NCBI GenBank assembly: GCA_946499835.1
Contig: CAMMTJ010000004.1
Coordinates: 15,148-79,147 of the forward strand
DNA length: 64,000 nt
Direction of reading: 5' to 3'
Source: an uncultured Bacillota bacterium
GTDB taxonomy: Bacteria; Bacillota; Clostridia; Christensenellales; UBA1242
The position numbers and the translations under genes are program-made. Of this stretch, positions 8,417-16,868 are shown piece by piece; the first letter of the stretch is position 1; each line of letters begins with the position of its first letter. The notes below the pieces were generated by a model. It made no database searches. It was not told the origin of the DNA and was given only the letters and a program-made list of their open reading frames with translations.

Positions 8417-9418
8417 TTATCTTTCGATCAGGTTTTTCACCTTCTCAGATATATACTCCGCCCTCTTTATTTTTTCCTCTTTTTCATCTTCAAAACGGAA
8501 AATTTCTTTCAGATTTGCCTTTGCCCCTTCATGATAAAGTTTTCCAAACTTTACTGAGTCGGTCATATTCATAAAACCAAGCACGCAACCGAACTTAACT
8601 TTTGAAAGAAGATCCATCATTTCCTTCTCTTCTAGGCTGTGGCAATTTGTAAGAATACCATATGCTCTTTGTGCCTCATCTTGAATTTTGTCTGATTGCT
8701 CTCGAAGAAGAATCTCTCTCATCTCCTTTTCCTCTGTGCAGACGCAGTAAATAAACTGACTGACCTTGTCAATAATCTCATCCTCGCTCAGCCCAAAAGA
8801 GCCTTGATTGGATATTTGGTAAAAATATCCTATTGCACCACTGCCTTCGCCATAAATTCCTCTTATTGTCAGCCCAGAAGCATGGGCGCGCTCAGTCAAA
8901 GCAGAAATCTGCCCACTTTTTTCAAGTGCTGGCAAAAAGAGCATGACAGAAGCACGCATCCCCGTTCCAAGATTTGATGGGCTTGCGGTAATAAATCCAA
9001 GTTCATCATCAAAGGCAATGTCCAGTTTTTTGATAAGTGCGTCATCAATCTTTGAAAGACGCCTATATGGTTTATACAAATTGAAACCGCTTTCCAGACA
9101 CTGCTCTCGTATGTGATCCTCTTCATTTATCATGACAATAATCTTTTCATCTTCACTTATGGCAAGAGATGAAATGTCTTTGTTTGCAATAAGTTCACGG
9201 CTTATGAGATGTTGCTCAAAAAGAGCCTCGCATTCATTAAGTGAGAGTTCACTGAGCGACAAAAAGTTGAAGACATCAAAGTCTTCCAGTATTTCCATGA
9301 CCGATGTGGTGATATAGTTTGCATCAAAGTCACTATCAAGTTTGGTATAAAATTTCATGCCCCGAACATTTCGTGCAAGACGAATGCGAGAGGAAATTGC
9401 GATATCATCAAATTCCAT
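8417..9418 (-). CDS. mcsB: Protein arginine kinase McsB
   Basis: NEEDHIREQ and SPSNLGTGMRASVMLFLPAL are guanidino-kinase motifs. The ATG at 9418 is preceded by GGGAGGTG, and MEFDDIAISSRIRLARN is a typical N-terminus. Confidence 0.88.
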   Translation of the reverse strand: MEFDDIAISSRIRLARNVRGMKFYTKLDSDFDANYITTSVMEILEDFDVFNFLSLSELSLNECEALFEQHLISRELIANKDISSLAISEDEKIIVMINEEDHIREQCLESGFNLYKPYRRLSKIDDALIKKLDIAFDDELGFITASPSNLGTGMRASVMLFLPALEKSGQISALTERAHASGLTIRGIYGEGSGAIGYFYQISNQGSFGLSEDEIIDKVSQFIYCVCTEEKEMREILLREQSDKIQDEAQRAYGILTNCHSLEEKEMMDLLSKVKFGCVLGFMNMTDSVKFGKLYHEGAKANLKEIFRFEDEKEEKIKRAEYISEKVKNLIER

Positions 9419-9578
9419 TTGCACCTCCCGCACGCTTTCCACAATATTTCTTGCCGTCATAAAGTTCTTTCACAGCCTTTGCAAGTTCGTCTATATGCTT
9501 ATAGCACTCTTCACAACCCACAAAACCGGTCTGCAAAATCTCTCTATAAGTCGTATTGCAATTTGGGCATTTGTTCAT
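9408..9578 (-). CDS. mcsA: Minimal McsA-like zinc-finger protein (56 aa)
   Basis: MNKCPNCNTTYREILQTGFVGCEECY carries one CxxC..CxxC finger like the McsA N-terminus. AAGGAG SD lies 5 nt upstream. It starts 1 nt after the tex stop and overlaps mcsB by 11 nt. Much shorter than the ~170-185 aa McsA I remember. Confidence 0.55.
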   Translation of the reverse strand: MNKCPNCNTTYREILQTGFVGCEECYKHIDELAKAVKELYDGKKYCGKRAGGANGI

Positions 9579-9579
9579 A

Positions 9580-11730
9580 TTACTCCTTTTCAATACCTTT
9601 CATAGTAAGTGAAATTCTCTTCTTTTGCACATCAACAGAAAGCACTTTGACATCAACTCTGTCGCCAACTTTCAAAACTTCTGATGGATGTTTGATAAAT
9701 GAATCAGAAATTTGTGAAATATGCACAAGTCCGTCTTGGTGCACACCAATATCAACAAAGGCACCAAAGTCCACAACATTGCGGACAACACCACTTATCA
9801 CATCTCCTTCTTTAAGATCTTCAAGTGACAACAGGTCACTGCGCAAAACTGGTTTTGGCATGCTTTCACGAATGTCTCTGCCTGGTTTAAGAAGTTCGCT
9901 GACAATATCTTGAAGAGTTGGCAATCCAATGCCAATTTCTTTTGCCACCTTATCCTCACCTTTTGCACTTATAAGGTTTGGGAGAGATTTCACATTGCCA
10001 TTTTTTATATCTTGTTCGCTCATACCAAAAAGTGCCAAAAGTTTTCTTGTTGCATCATAACTCTCTGGGTGAACAGCGGTGTTATCCAAAATTTCATTGC
10101 CGTCAACCACACGCAAAAAGCCGGCACATTGTTCATAGGCTTTTGGGCCAAGTTTTGGGACTGACAAAAGTTCATCACGACTCTTTATTCCCTTAACTTT
10201 TGCCCTGTATGCAACGATATTTTTGGCGATAGACATATTGAGTCCTGACACATATGACAGCAGGCTTGGACTTGCTGTGTTAAGGTCAACACCCACACTG
10301 TTTACGCAGTCTTCAACCACACCTGTAAGCACCTCTGTAAGCCTATTTTGTGGCATATCATGTTGATACTGTCCAACGCCAATTGACTTGACATCAATTT
10401 TGATAAGTTCTGCCAAAGGATCTTGAAGTCGTCTTGCAATTGATACTGCACTGCGAAGAGATACGTCATAATCTGGAAATTCCTCAGCACCAAGTTTTGA
10501 AGCACTATAAACAGACGCTCCTGCCTCACTTACAACAGCGTAACTCACTGGACGCGAACAATGTTTGATAAGTTCAGCAACAAAGATTTCCGCCTCTTTT
10601 GAAGCAGTTCCGTTTCCTATTGAGATGACATCAACTTTGTATTTATCAATCAGTTTTTTAAGTTTTTCAATTGACTCCTCCGTCTTTGATTGAGGTGGAG
10701 TTGGATAGATAACTGTGGTGTCAAGCACATTGCCGTTTGTGTCAATGACTGCAATCTTGCACCCAGTCCTATATGCTGGGTCAAGCCCCAAAATGATATT
10801 GTTTTTGAGTGGCGCTTCCATGAGAAGAGGTTTTAAGTTGACTTCAAACATCTTGATTGCCTGCTCATCTGCCCTATCTGTAAGATTGTTTCTGCACTCT
10901 CTTTCAAGTGAAGGAAAGAGAAGCCTTTCATAACTGTCTGCAATCGTCTCTTCCATGAGAGTGTCAGTGTCTGGGTTGTTTTTCTTATAAAATTTATTCA
11001 AAATAGCAAAAGCCATTTTCTCGTCAACAGAAACTGAAACTTTGAGACATTTTTCATTCTCTCCACGATTTATCGCAAGTATTCTGTGGCTTGGAATTGT
11101 TTTGACTTCCTGCTTAAATCCAGCGTATGTCTCGTAAGTTGGACTATTCTCATTCTCCACCAAAGTGCAAGAGATAATACCTTTGTTTTCAAGGAGCGTG
11201 CGAAGTTCTTTGCGAAGTTCTGCATCGTCTGAAATTCTCTCGGCAACGATATCTTTTGCGCCTGCAATGGCTTCATTTTCATTTGCCACCTGTTCATTTA
11301 TATATTTCTTTGCCTCTTCCATAATGACAAAAGATTTTGACTGTGCTTGAAGTATATCTGCAAGCCCTTCCAGTCCCTTTGCAATAGCCACTGATGCCCT
11401 TGTCTTTCTCTTTGGCTTGTATGGACGATAAATGTCTTCAACCTCTGTCATAGTCTTTGCATCAGCAAGAGCCTTTGCAATCTCATCCGTCCACTTGCCT
11501 TGCTCTGTGATTGCTTTTTCAACCTTTGCCTTTTCGTCATTAAGGTTGCGAAGATATTTGAGTCTGTCAGCAAAAGCACGGAGTGTTTGATCGTCACAAG
11601 TGCCATGCATCTCCTTTCTATATCTTGCAATAAATGGGATTGTGCACCCCTCATCAAGCAAGTTGATGATGTTTTCGCTATATTCTCTCTTTAAGCCAAA
11701 TTCACTGGCAAGTTGCTCAATAATATCCAT
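9580..11730 (-). CDS. tex: Tex-like transcription accessory protein (S1 RNA-binding domain protein)
   Basis: N-terminal IPFIARYRKE motif, YqgF/RuvX-like centre (GLDPAYRTGCKIAV), HhH region and C-terminal S1 domain (GVVRNVVDFGAFVDIGVHQDGLVHISQ). Confidence 0.9.
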   Translation of the reverse strand: MDIIEQLASEFGLKREYSENIINLLDEGCTIPFIARYRKEMHGTCDDQTLRAFADRLKYLRNLNDEKAKVEKAITEQGKWTDEIAKALADAKTMTEVEDIYRPYKPKRKTRASVAIAKGLEGLADILQAQSKSFVIMEEAKKYINEQVANENEAIAGAKDIVAERISDDAELRKELRTLLENKGIISCTLVENENSPTYETYAGFKQEVKTIPSHRILAINRGENEKCLKVSVSVDEKMAFAILNKFYKKNNPDTDTLMEETIADSYERLLFPSLERECRNNLTDRADEQAIKMFEVNLKPLLMEAPLKNNIILGLDPAYRTGCKIAVIDTNGNVLDTTVIYPTPPQSKTEESIEKLKKLIDKYKVDVISIGNGTASKEAEIFVAELIKHCSRPVSYAVVSEAGASVYSASKLGAEEFPDYDVSLRSAVSIARRLQDPLAELIKIDVKSIGVGQYQHDMPQNRLTEVLTGVVEDCVNSVGVDLNTASPSLLSYVSGLNMSIAKNIVAYRAKVKGIKSRDELLSVPKLGPKAYEQCAGFLRVVDGNEILDNTAVHPESYDATRKLLALFGMSEQDIKNGNVKSLPNLISAKGEDKVAKEIGIGLPTLQDIVSELLKPGRDIRESMPKPVLRSDLLSLEDLKEGDVISGVVRNVVDFGAFVDIGVHQDGLVHISQISDSFIKHPSEVLKVGDRVDVKVLSVDVQKKRISLTMKGIEKE

Positions 11731-12641
11731 TATTTTTTCTCTCCTTTTTGATAAATCAATTTGTTATCTTTGCTCATCACCCTGACAATTTGTCCCCGTT
11801 CTGTCTCAAACAGCCCAAGCGGAAAATCAATATCATCATCCTCTATTTCAACCTGTCCAAAGTCACTTTGCAATGACTTTTCAAGTCTTTTAAGGTCAAG
11901 GGTGAAGTTGTTCACAAGAAGATTTGCTGTACCCTCATATGCAAGAAGTGCCTCATGAAAGATGTTGACGATTGGATAGATGTCACTTCCAAAGCAGTAA
12001 TCAATGTCTGCATTTTCAAGCGTCAAAAGATTGACAAATTCTCGTCCGCAAAGGCTGTCACTCTTTGGCGTTAATATCACCTTTGCTCCATAGGAAGAAA
12101 GAAGTGAAAAGTCATCTTTGTCAAGATAGTTTCCTCCAAGGATATAACATTCCCTGTCAAGAAAGCCAAACTCCTCCAAAAATCTTGATGGCGACTGGTG
12201 ATAACGCACACTTATAAGACCAACCTCTTCCAGCGTTCTGCCAAGATGGAAAAGTAGCGGAACTTTCATCTTAGCCGACAAGTCAGACAAGTTTGAAAGT
12301 GCCCCATCGCTCATTTCAAGCACAGATGAAACCTCAACAATCACATTGTCACCGAGCAAATCTTGTACTCTGATCTCTTGCAATTTGTCAGCACTTATGA
12401 TGACTTTGCCGTCGATTTCAAACTCTTCAATCACAGATCTTGCCACTTCTAGATTTGGCGATTTCAAAAAAAGACTCAAAACACCACTTTGCACATTTTT
12501 TTGCACCACCTGTCTGCAAATATTCATCAAATCGCTTTCACAAATTTCGCCATTTGAGTTATAATCATTTCCACAAGCAGTGCCTACAAAATCGCAATAG
12601 CAGTTTTTCAAGCCTTTAAGAATTTTGGTCTGTTGTTGCAT
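11730..12641 (-). CDS. Amidohydrolase-superfamily-like protein with non-canonical metal-site residues
   Basis: The C-terminal two thirds align by eye to MtaD/chlorohydrolase-type motifs (HLGRTLEEV; PKSD..; FGSD). The N-terminal HxH position reads CYCD. Confidence 0.5.
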   Translation of the reverse strand: MQQQTKILKGLKNCYCDFVGTACGNDYNSNGEICESDLMNICRQVVQKNVQSGVLSLFLKSPNLEVARSVIEEFEIDGKVIISADKLQEIRVQDLLGDNVIVEVSSVLEMSDGALSNLSDLSAKMKVPLLFHLGRTLEEVGLISVRYHQSPSRFLEEFGFLDRECYILGGNYLDKDDFSLLSSYGAKVILTPKSDSLCGREFVNLLTLENADIDYCFGSDIYPIVNIFHEALLAYEGTANLLVNNFTLDLKRLEKSLQSDFGQVEIEDDDIDFPLGLFETERGQIVRVMSKDNKLIYQKGEKK

Positions 12642-12691
12642 AAATCTCCTCGATTAACCTAATTATACAATAAAAAGGAGAAAATAACCAA

Positions 12692-13885
12692 ATGAAAGAG
12701 CGGACAATTTTGCATTCTGACATAAATAATTTTTTTGCCTCAGTTGAAACTGTCAGCCGTCCAGAACTTAAAGACAAACCTGTCGCAGTGACTGGAAATC
12801 CAAAGAAAAGGACTGGGATTATCCTTGCCAAAAATGAGATTGCAAAGAAATATGGTGTGGCAACAGGACAGGCAATCTGGGAAGCAAAAGTGCTCTGCCC
12901 TGACCTTGTGTGCCTGCCACCTCACTATGACCTCTATGAAGAAATATCACAAAAATTGGCATCAATCTACCTTGAATACACCGATTTTGTTGAACCTTTG
13001 GGACTTGATGAATGTTGGCTTGACGTAACTGACAGCATCAAATATCTTGGGAAAAATGGCAAAGAGATTGCTGATGAATTGCGTCACCGCATAAAAGAAG
13101 AATTTGGCATAACAGTCTCAGTTGGCGTATCCTTTTCAAAACTCTTTGCAAAACTTGGCTCTGACATGAAAAAACCAGATGCCACCACCTGCATACCAAA
13201 ATGCAAATTCAAAGAAATGACCTATCACCTTCCACTCAATGTCATTGTGGGCATAGGAAGGCGACTTGAAAAAAAGTTTAGCAAAATGAACATAAAAACA
13301 ATAGGCGAATTTGTCACACTGCCCGATACTTTTTTGAAAGAACTCATGGGCAAAACTGGTGTCGAACTTAAAGCAGATCTTTTGGGCGTGCGTGAAAGCC
13401 ATGTGCAAAATTATTACACCTTGCCACCTCCAAAAAGTATAGGAAATGGCACCACAACAATAAGAGACATCCTCACAAGAGCAGAAATAGAAAAGACGAT
13501 TTATTTCCTTGCTGAAAAAGTTTCTGCAAGATTGATAAAACAAGGTTTATTTTGCCAAACACTGACAATTTCAATCAAATCAAACACCTTGGAAAGAAGT
13601 GCAAAATCACAAAAAATCAAGCCCACACAAAGTGTGGCAGACCTTGCAAAAGAAGGTATGAAAATCGCTGATAAGTTATGGAAATATAACAAACCTATCC
13701 GTGCGATAAGACTTCGCGCCTCATACCTTATATCAGATAAAGCCAAGCAGTTGTCAATGTTTGACAAAGAAAAAGATTATTCCCATGCACTTGACCTTGT
13801 CAACCAAAAATATGGAAAGGTCTTTCTTGCGAGCGACTCCTCTTCCTTTCTAAACACCGCCAAACACCCACAAGAAGACCAATAA
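12692..13885 (+). CDS. dinB: DNA polymerase IV (Y-family)
   Basis: ILHSDINNFFASVE, LGLDECWLDVT and SVGVSFSKLFAKLGSD are typical DinB motifs. Confidence 0.9.
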   Translation: MKERTILHSDINNFFASVETVSRPELKDKPVAVTGNPKKRTGIILAKNEIAKKYGVATGQAIWEAKVLCPDLVCLPPHYDLYEEISQKLASIYLEYTDFVEPLGLDECWLDVTDSIKYLGKNGKEIADELRHRIKEEFGITVSVGVSFSKLFAKLGSDMKKPDATTCIPKCKFKEMTYHLPLNVIVGIGRRLEKKFSKMNIKTIGEFVTLPDTFLKELMGKTGVELKADLLGVRESHVQNYYTLPPPKSIGNGTTTIRDILTRAEIEKTIYFLAEKVSARLIKQGLFCQTLTISIKSNTLERSAKSQKIKPTQSVADLAKEGMKIADKLWKYNKPIRAIRLRASYLISDKAKQLSMFDKEKDYSHALDLVNQKYGKVFLASDSSSFLNTAKHPQEDQ

Positions 13886-13915
13886 AAAAGCGTCACTAAA
13901 AAAGACGCTTTTTCT
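13885..13915. terminator. Bidirectional terminator between dinB and trxB
   Basis: aaaaagcgtc-actaaaaaa-gacgcttttt. Confidence 0.7.
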
Positions 13916-14849
13916 ATTTTACCAAACCTTTGTCCACGAGAATGGCATATTTGACTGCCTCAGTGCCAGCAATAGCACCATCGCCAACAGCAGTGGCAAT
14001 CTGCTTGATTGAATCTGCACGCACATCACCGCAAGCATACACTCCGTCTGCCGAAGTTTTCATCTTTTGATCGGTATGGATAAAACCTCTGCCGTCCATG
14101 TCGATTTTTCCAACCAAGTTTGCCGTGTCAGGTGTCCTGCCAATAGCGACAAAAACGGCATCAACTTTCAATTCTTTTTCTTCGTCGCCCATGGTGTAAC
14201 TCAAACTTTCAACCTTGTCAGAGCCTTCTATTTTTTGTGATAAAGCACCTTTCAAAATCTCAACATTTTCTTTGCCGTCGAACTCATTTTCTGCATAATT
14301 ATGCAATTTCAAATTGTCTTTTGTGAGGATATAAACTCTCTTGCAAAGATTTGAAAGATAGTCAGCATCAGAAAAAGCAGAGTCACCAGAACCAACCACA
14401 GCAACCGTTTTGCCCTTGAAAAAGTTTCCGTCACAAAGAGCGCAATAACTTACCCCCTTTCCAGTAAACTCCTTCTCGCCATCAATACCAAGCAGTCTTG
14501 AATGACTTCCCTGCGCCAAAACAACAGCCTTGCCCGTATATGTGTTTTTATTGCACTTGACAACTTTCTCTTTGCCTGAAAGGTCAAATTCTTCTGCCTC
14601 TTCAAAAGCAAACTCAATCCCAAGAGAAGAAGCATGCTCAAAAAACTTAGCAGAAAGAGAAGCCCCATCAATACTTGGAAAGCCTGTATAATTTTCAATA
14701 TTGCCAATGAGTCCAACCTGACCGCCCGGCATAAACTTTTCAATTATCACAACTGATTTGTTTGCTCTTTTTGCATAAATTGCACTTGTTATTCCTGCTG
14801 GCCCACCGCCAACAACAACGATATCATATTTCTTTTCCATATTTTTCAT
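13914..14849 (-). CDS. trxB: Thioredoxin-disulfide reductase
   Basis: DIVVVGGGPAG, redox-active CALCDG, and a second dinucleotide fold VAVVGSGDSA. Confidence 0.9.
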   Translation of the reverse strand: MKNMEKKYDIVVVGGGPAGITSAIYAKRANKSVVIIEKFMPGGQVGLIGNIENYTGFPSIDGASLSAKFFEHASSLGIEFAFEEAEEFDLSGKEKVVKCNKNTYTGKAVVLAQGSHSRLLGIDGEKEFTGKGVSYCALCDGNFFKGKTVAVVGSGDSAFSDADYLSNLCKRVYILTKDNLKLHNYAENEFDGKENVEILKGALSQKIEGSDKVESLSYTMGDEEKELKVDAVFVAIGRTPDTANLVGKIDMDGRGFIHTDQKMKTSADGVYACGDVRADSIKQIATAVGDGAIAGTEAVKYAILVDKGLVK

Positions 14850-14894
14850 TATAGCATAATGACAAAGAAGTTAAAACAAAATTATTAAAAAATT

Positions 14895-14922
14895 TTGATT
14901 ATCATTGCAATTTTGTTATACT
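14895..14922 (+). promoter_or_regulatory. Putative promoter of the orphan gene (TTGATT-16-TGtTATACT)
   Basis: ttgatt at 14895..14900, a 16-nt spacer ending tgt, tatact at 14917..14922. Confidence 0.5.
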
Positions 14923-14941
14923 GAATTTATCGGAGGAATCT

Positions 14942-15784
14942 ATGCCAATCGAAGAAATGATTAGACAAAATACAAAACATAAAAGGAAAGCAAGAAAAAT
15001 ACTTTTAGAGCAATTAAAAAATTGGGAAAAAGCAAAAACCTTCACTTTGCCTAAACATAAATATAAAGTTGGTGATTATGTATATTTGAAAAAAGGGACT
15101 TTTTTGCATGGCACTCCGTTTGAAAAAGATGTCCTGTCTGTTATTTCTTCCGAAGGTTTGTTGTCTAGTGAAGTAATCAGCAAAACAGCCGATCAAAAAA
15201 AATATATTCAAAAATATCCATTTTGCGTATGTGTGTGGAACTTACAAAAAGATATGTTTTTGAAGGATTATATAGATTTGTATTGTGGTATAACAATGGA
15301 ATACAACGATGGAAAAAATATCAAGACTGAACTTATTTCATATTCTCGTCTCAAAGAAGGTTTTGACTTTATTCCAAAAAATACTTTTTCATGGAAAGCC
15401 GAACAAACAAAAGAAATTCGTTTTATGCCATCAAAAACCAATCTTGAAATAGGCAAATCCAGACAACTTGCCTTTATCATAAACACAGATAATGATGCAA
15501 TAAAACCTATTTTGGAGTATGATATTTTCTCTTCAAAATATGACAAAAGTTTTCTTAAAAATTTTGTGCTTCCAAACGTGTTGAATTATTTCATGCATGG
15601 CAAAAGAAATGATTTCTTCACAAACAGAGAAAGTGCAATTATTCTTGGCATCCCACATAATTTTATTGAAGGCATGCTTGTTGGAAAGGAACTCGAAAAA
15701 GACAAAAGCAAATTAAAAGAATTGAAAGAAATGTTTCCAAATTGTTATATTGCAAACCTTAACGGACAGGTCATCAAACGATAA
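14942..15784 (+). CDS. Hypothetical protein with PARP/ARTD-like H-Y-E motif pattern (see findings)
   Basis: ORF with GGAGG SD 5 nt upstream, plus its own promoter and terminator. Motifs FLHGTPFEKDVLSVISSEGL and ILEYDIF. No family recognised with certainty. Confidence 0.7.
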   Translation: MPIEEMIRQNTKHKRKARKILLEQLKNWEKAKTFTLPKHKYKVGDYVYLKKGTFLHGTPFEKDVLSVISSEGLLSSEVISKTADQKKYIQKYPFCVCVWNLQKDMFLKDYIDLYCGITMEYNDGKNIKTELISYSRLKEGFDFIPKNTFSWKAEQTKEIRFMPSKTNLEIGKSRQLAFIINTDNDAIKPILEYDIFSSKYDKSFLKNFVLPNVLNYFMHGKRNDFFTNRESAIILGIPHNFIEGMLVGKELEKDKSKLKELKEMFPNCYIANLNGQVIKR

Positions 15785-15801
15785 TGGTTATAAAAACATA
15801 A

Positions 15802-15829
15802 AGAAGTGCAAACTCTGCACTTCTTTTTT
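15802..15829 (+). terminator. Terminator of the orphan gene
   Basis: agaagtgca-aactc-tgcacttct followed by ttttt. Confidence 0.75.
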
Positions 15830-15834
15830 GTAAA

Positions 15835-15860
15835 TAAAAAACTTGGCGAGTTGCCAAGTT
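15835..15860 (-). terminator. Terminator of rplM-rpsI
   Basis: Reverse strand: acttggcaactcgccaagt followed by ttttt. Confidence 0.65.
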
Positions 15861-15868
15861 TTTGAATA

Positions 15869-16279
15869 TTAACGTTTTGAGAATTGAGATGCTTTTCTTG
15901 CCTTTTTGAGACCGTATTTCTTTCTCTCTTTCATTCTTGGGTCACGAGTAAGCAATCCTGCCTCTTTAAGTTCTTTCTTAAATTGTTCGTTTGCCTTAAC
16001 AAGCGCTCTTGCAAGACCGTGGCAAATTGCACCTGCTTGTCCTGAAAGTCCACCGCCTACAACTCTTACGATTGCGTCATATTTGTCAGTTGTTCCTGTG
16101 AGTTCAAGTGGTTGGCGAGCAATAAGCATAAGAGTATCCATTTGAAGATATTCTCCCATATCTCTGCCATTTACTGTAATTTTTCCGTTTCCTGGGAAAA
16201 GTCTAACTCTTGCAACAGATTTTTTTCTTCTTCCTGTTGAGATGATTTGACTAACATTCTTTGTTTTCTTCTCTGCCAT
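15869..16279 (-). CDS. rpsI: 30S ribosomal protein S9
   Basis: [48 protein letters not shown]. Confidence 0.95.
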   Translation of the reverse strand: MAEKKTKNVSQIISTGRRKKSVARVRLFPGNGKITVNGRDMGEYLQMDTLMLIARQPLELTGTTDKYDAIVRVVGGGLSGQAGAICHGLARALVKANEQFKKELKEAGLLTRDPRMKERKKYGLKKARKASQFSKR

Positions 16280-16722
16280 TAGTTTCTCGCTCCTTTAATT
16301 TGGATTGTTTCAGGTTTTTGCGCTTGGTTGTTATGCTCACCATCTTTGTAAACATGAAGTCTTGTGAATTGTTTTCTTCCAAGGCTTGTTTTTGGAAGCA
16401 TACCTTTGATCGCCTTCTCAACTGCTTTAACAGAGTTCTTTCTCATAAGAGTGCCATAGTCAACTTCTTTGAGTCCGCCAACATAACCTGTGTGCCATCT
16501 CATTTTCTTGTCTGTGAGTTTCTTTCCTGTCAAAACAACTTTGTCGCTGTTAAGCACGATTACATAATCTCCACAATCAACATGAGGTGTGAAGATTGGT
16601 TTATTTTTTCCTGTCAAAATGTCTGCAACTTGGCTTGCCACTCTTCCAAGTGGAACATTTGTTGCGTCTACAACGAACCATTTTCTTTCAATGTCCGCTG
16701 GTTTTGCCATGTATGTTTTCAT
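16279..16722 (-). CDS. rplM: 50S ribosomal protein L13
   Basis: [20 protein letters not shown].. The ATG at 16722 is preceded by GGAGG; the ORF-track start at 16758 is upstream of the SD. Confidence 0.95.
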   Translation of the reverse strand: MKTYMAKPADIERKWFVVDATNVPLGRVASQVADILTGKNKPIFTPHVDCGDYVIVLNSDKVVLTGKKLTDKKMRWHTGYVGGLKEVDYGTLMRKNSVKAVEKAIKGMLPKTSLGRKQFTRLHVYKDGEHNNQAQKPETIQIKGARN

Positions 16723-16841
16723 TCTATTCCTCCGAGTTTTTTCCGTCAAACAAGGCAAATTTTGTAGGCGGGGCTAGTGCAAACAAAAAACGCCTTAAAT
16801 TAAGACGCTTTTATTCTACATTTTCCCGGCCTCGTTGTCAA
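16723..16841 (-). promoter_or_regulatory. rplM promoter (TTGACA-17-TAGAAT) plus ~85-nt leader with a terminator-like hairpin
   Basis: Reverse strand: ttgaca (16841..16836), 17-nt spacer, tagaat (16818..16813). This is followed immediately by hairpin cgtcttaa-ttt-aaggcg (16807..16791) plus tttttt (16790..16785), then ~60 nt to the SD. Confidence 0.45.
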
Positions 16842-16868
16842 GCATTTTTCACAAGTTTTACGAAAAAA

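Noticed and set aside
9419-9913. 164-aa plus-strand ORF spanning the mcsA/tex junction
   Set aside because: It is antisense to tex and mcsA, has a Ser/Thr/Leu-rich translation, and shows no start context.
12642-12691. A LexA (GAAC-N4-GTTC) box upstream of dinB
   Set aside because: The 50-bp divergent region contains no GAAC/GTTC palindrome, so no SOS operator can be supported.
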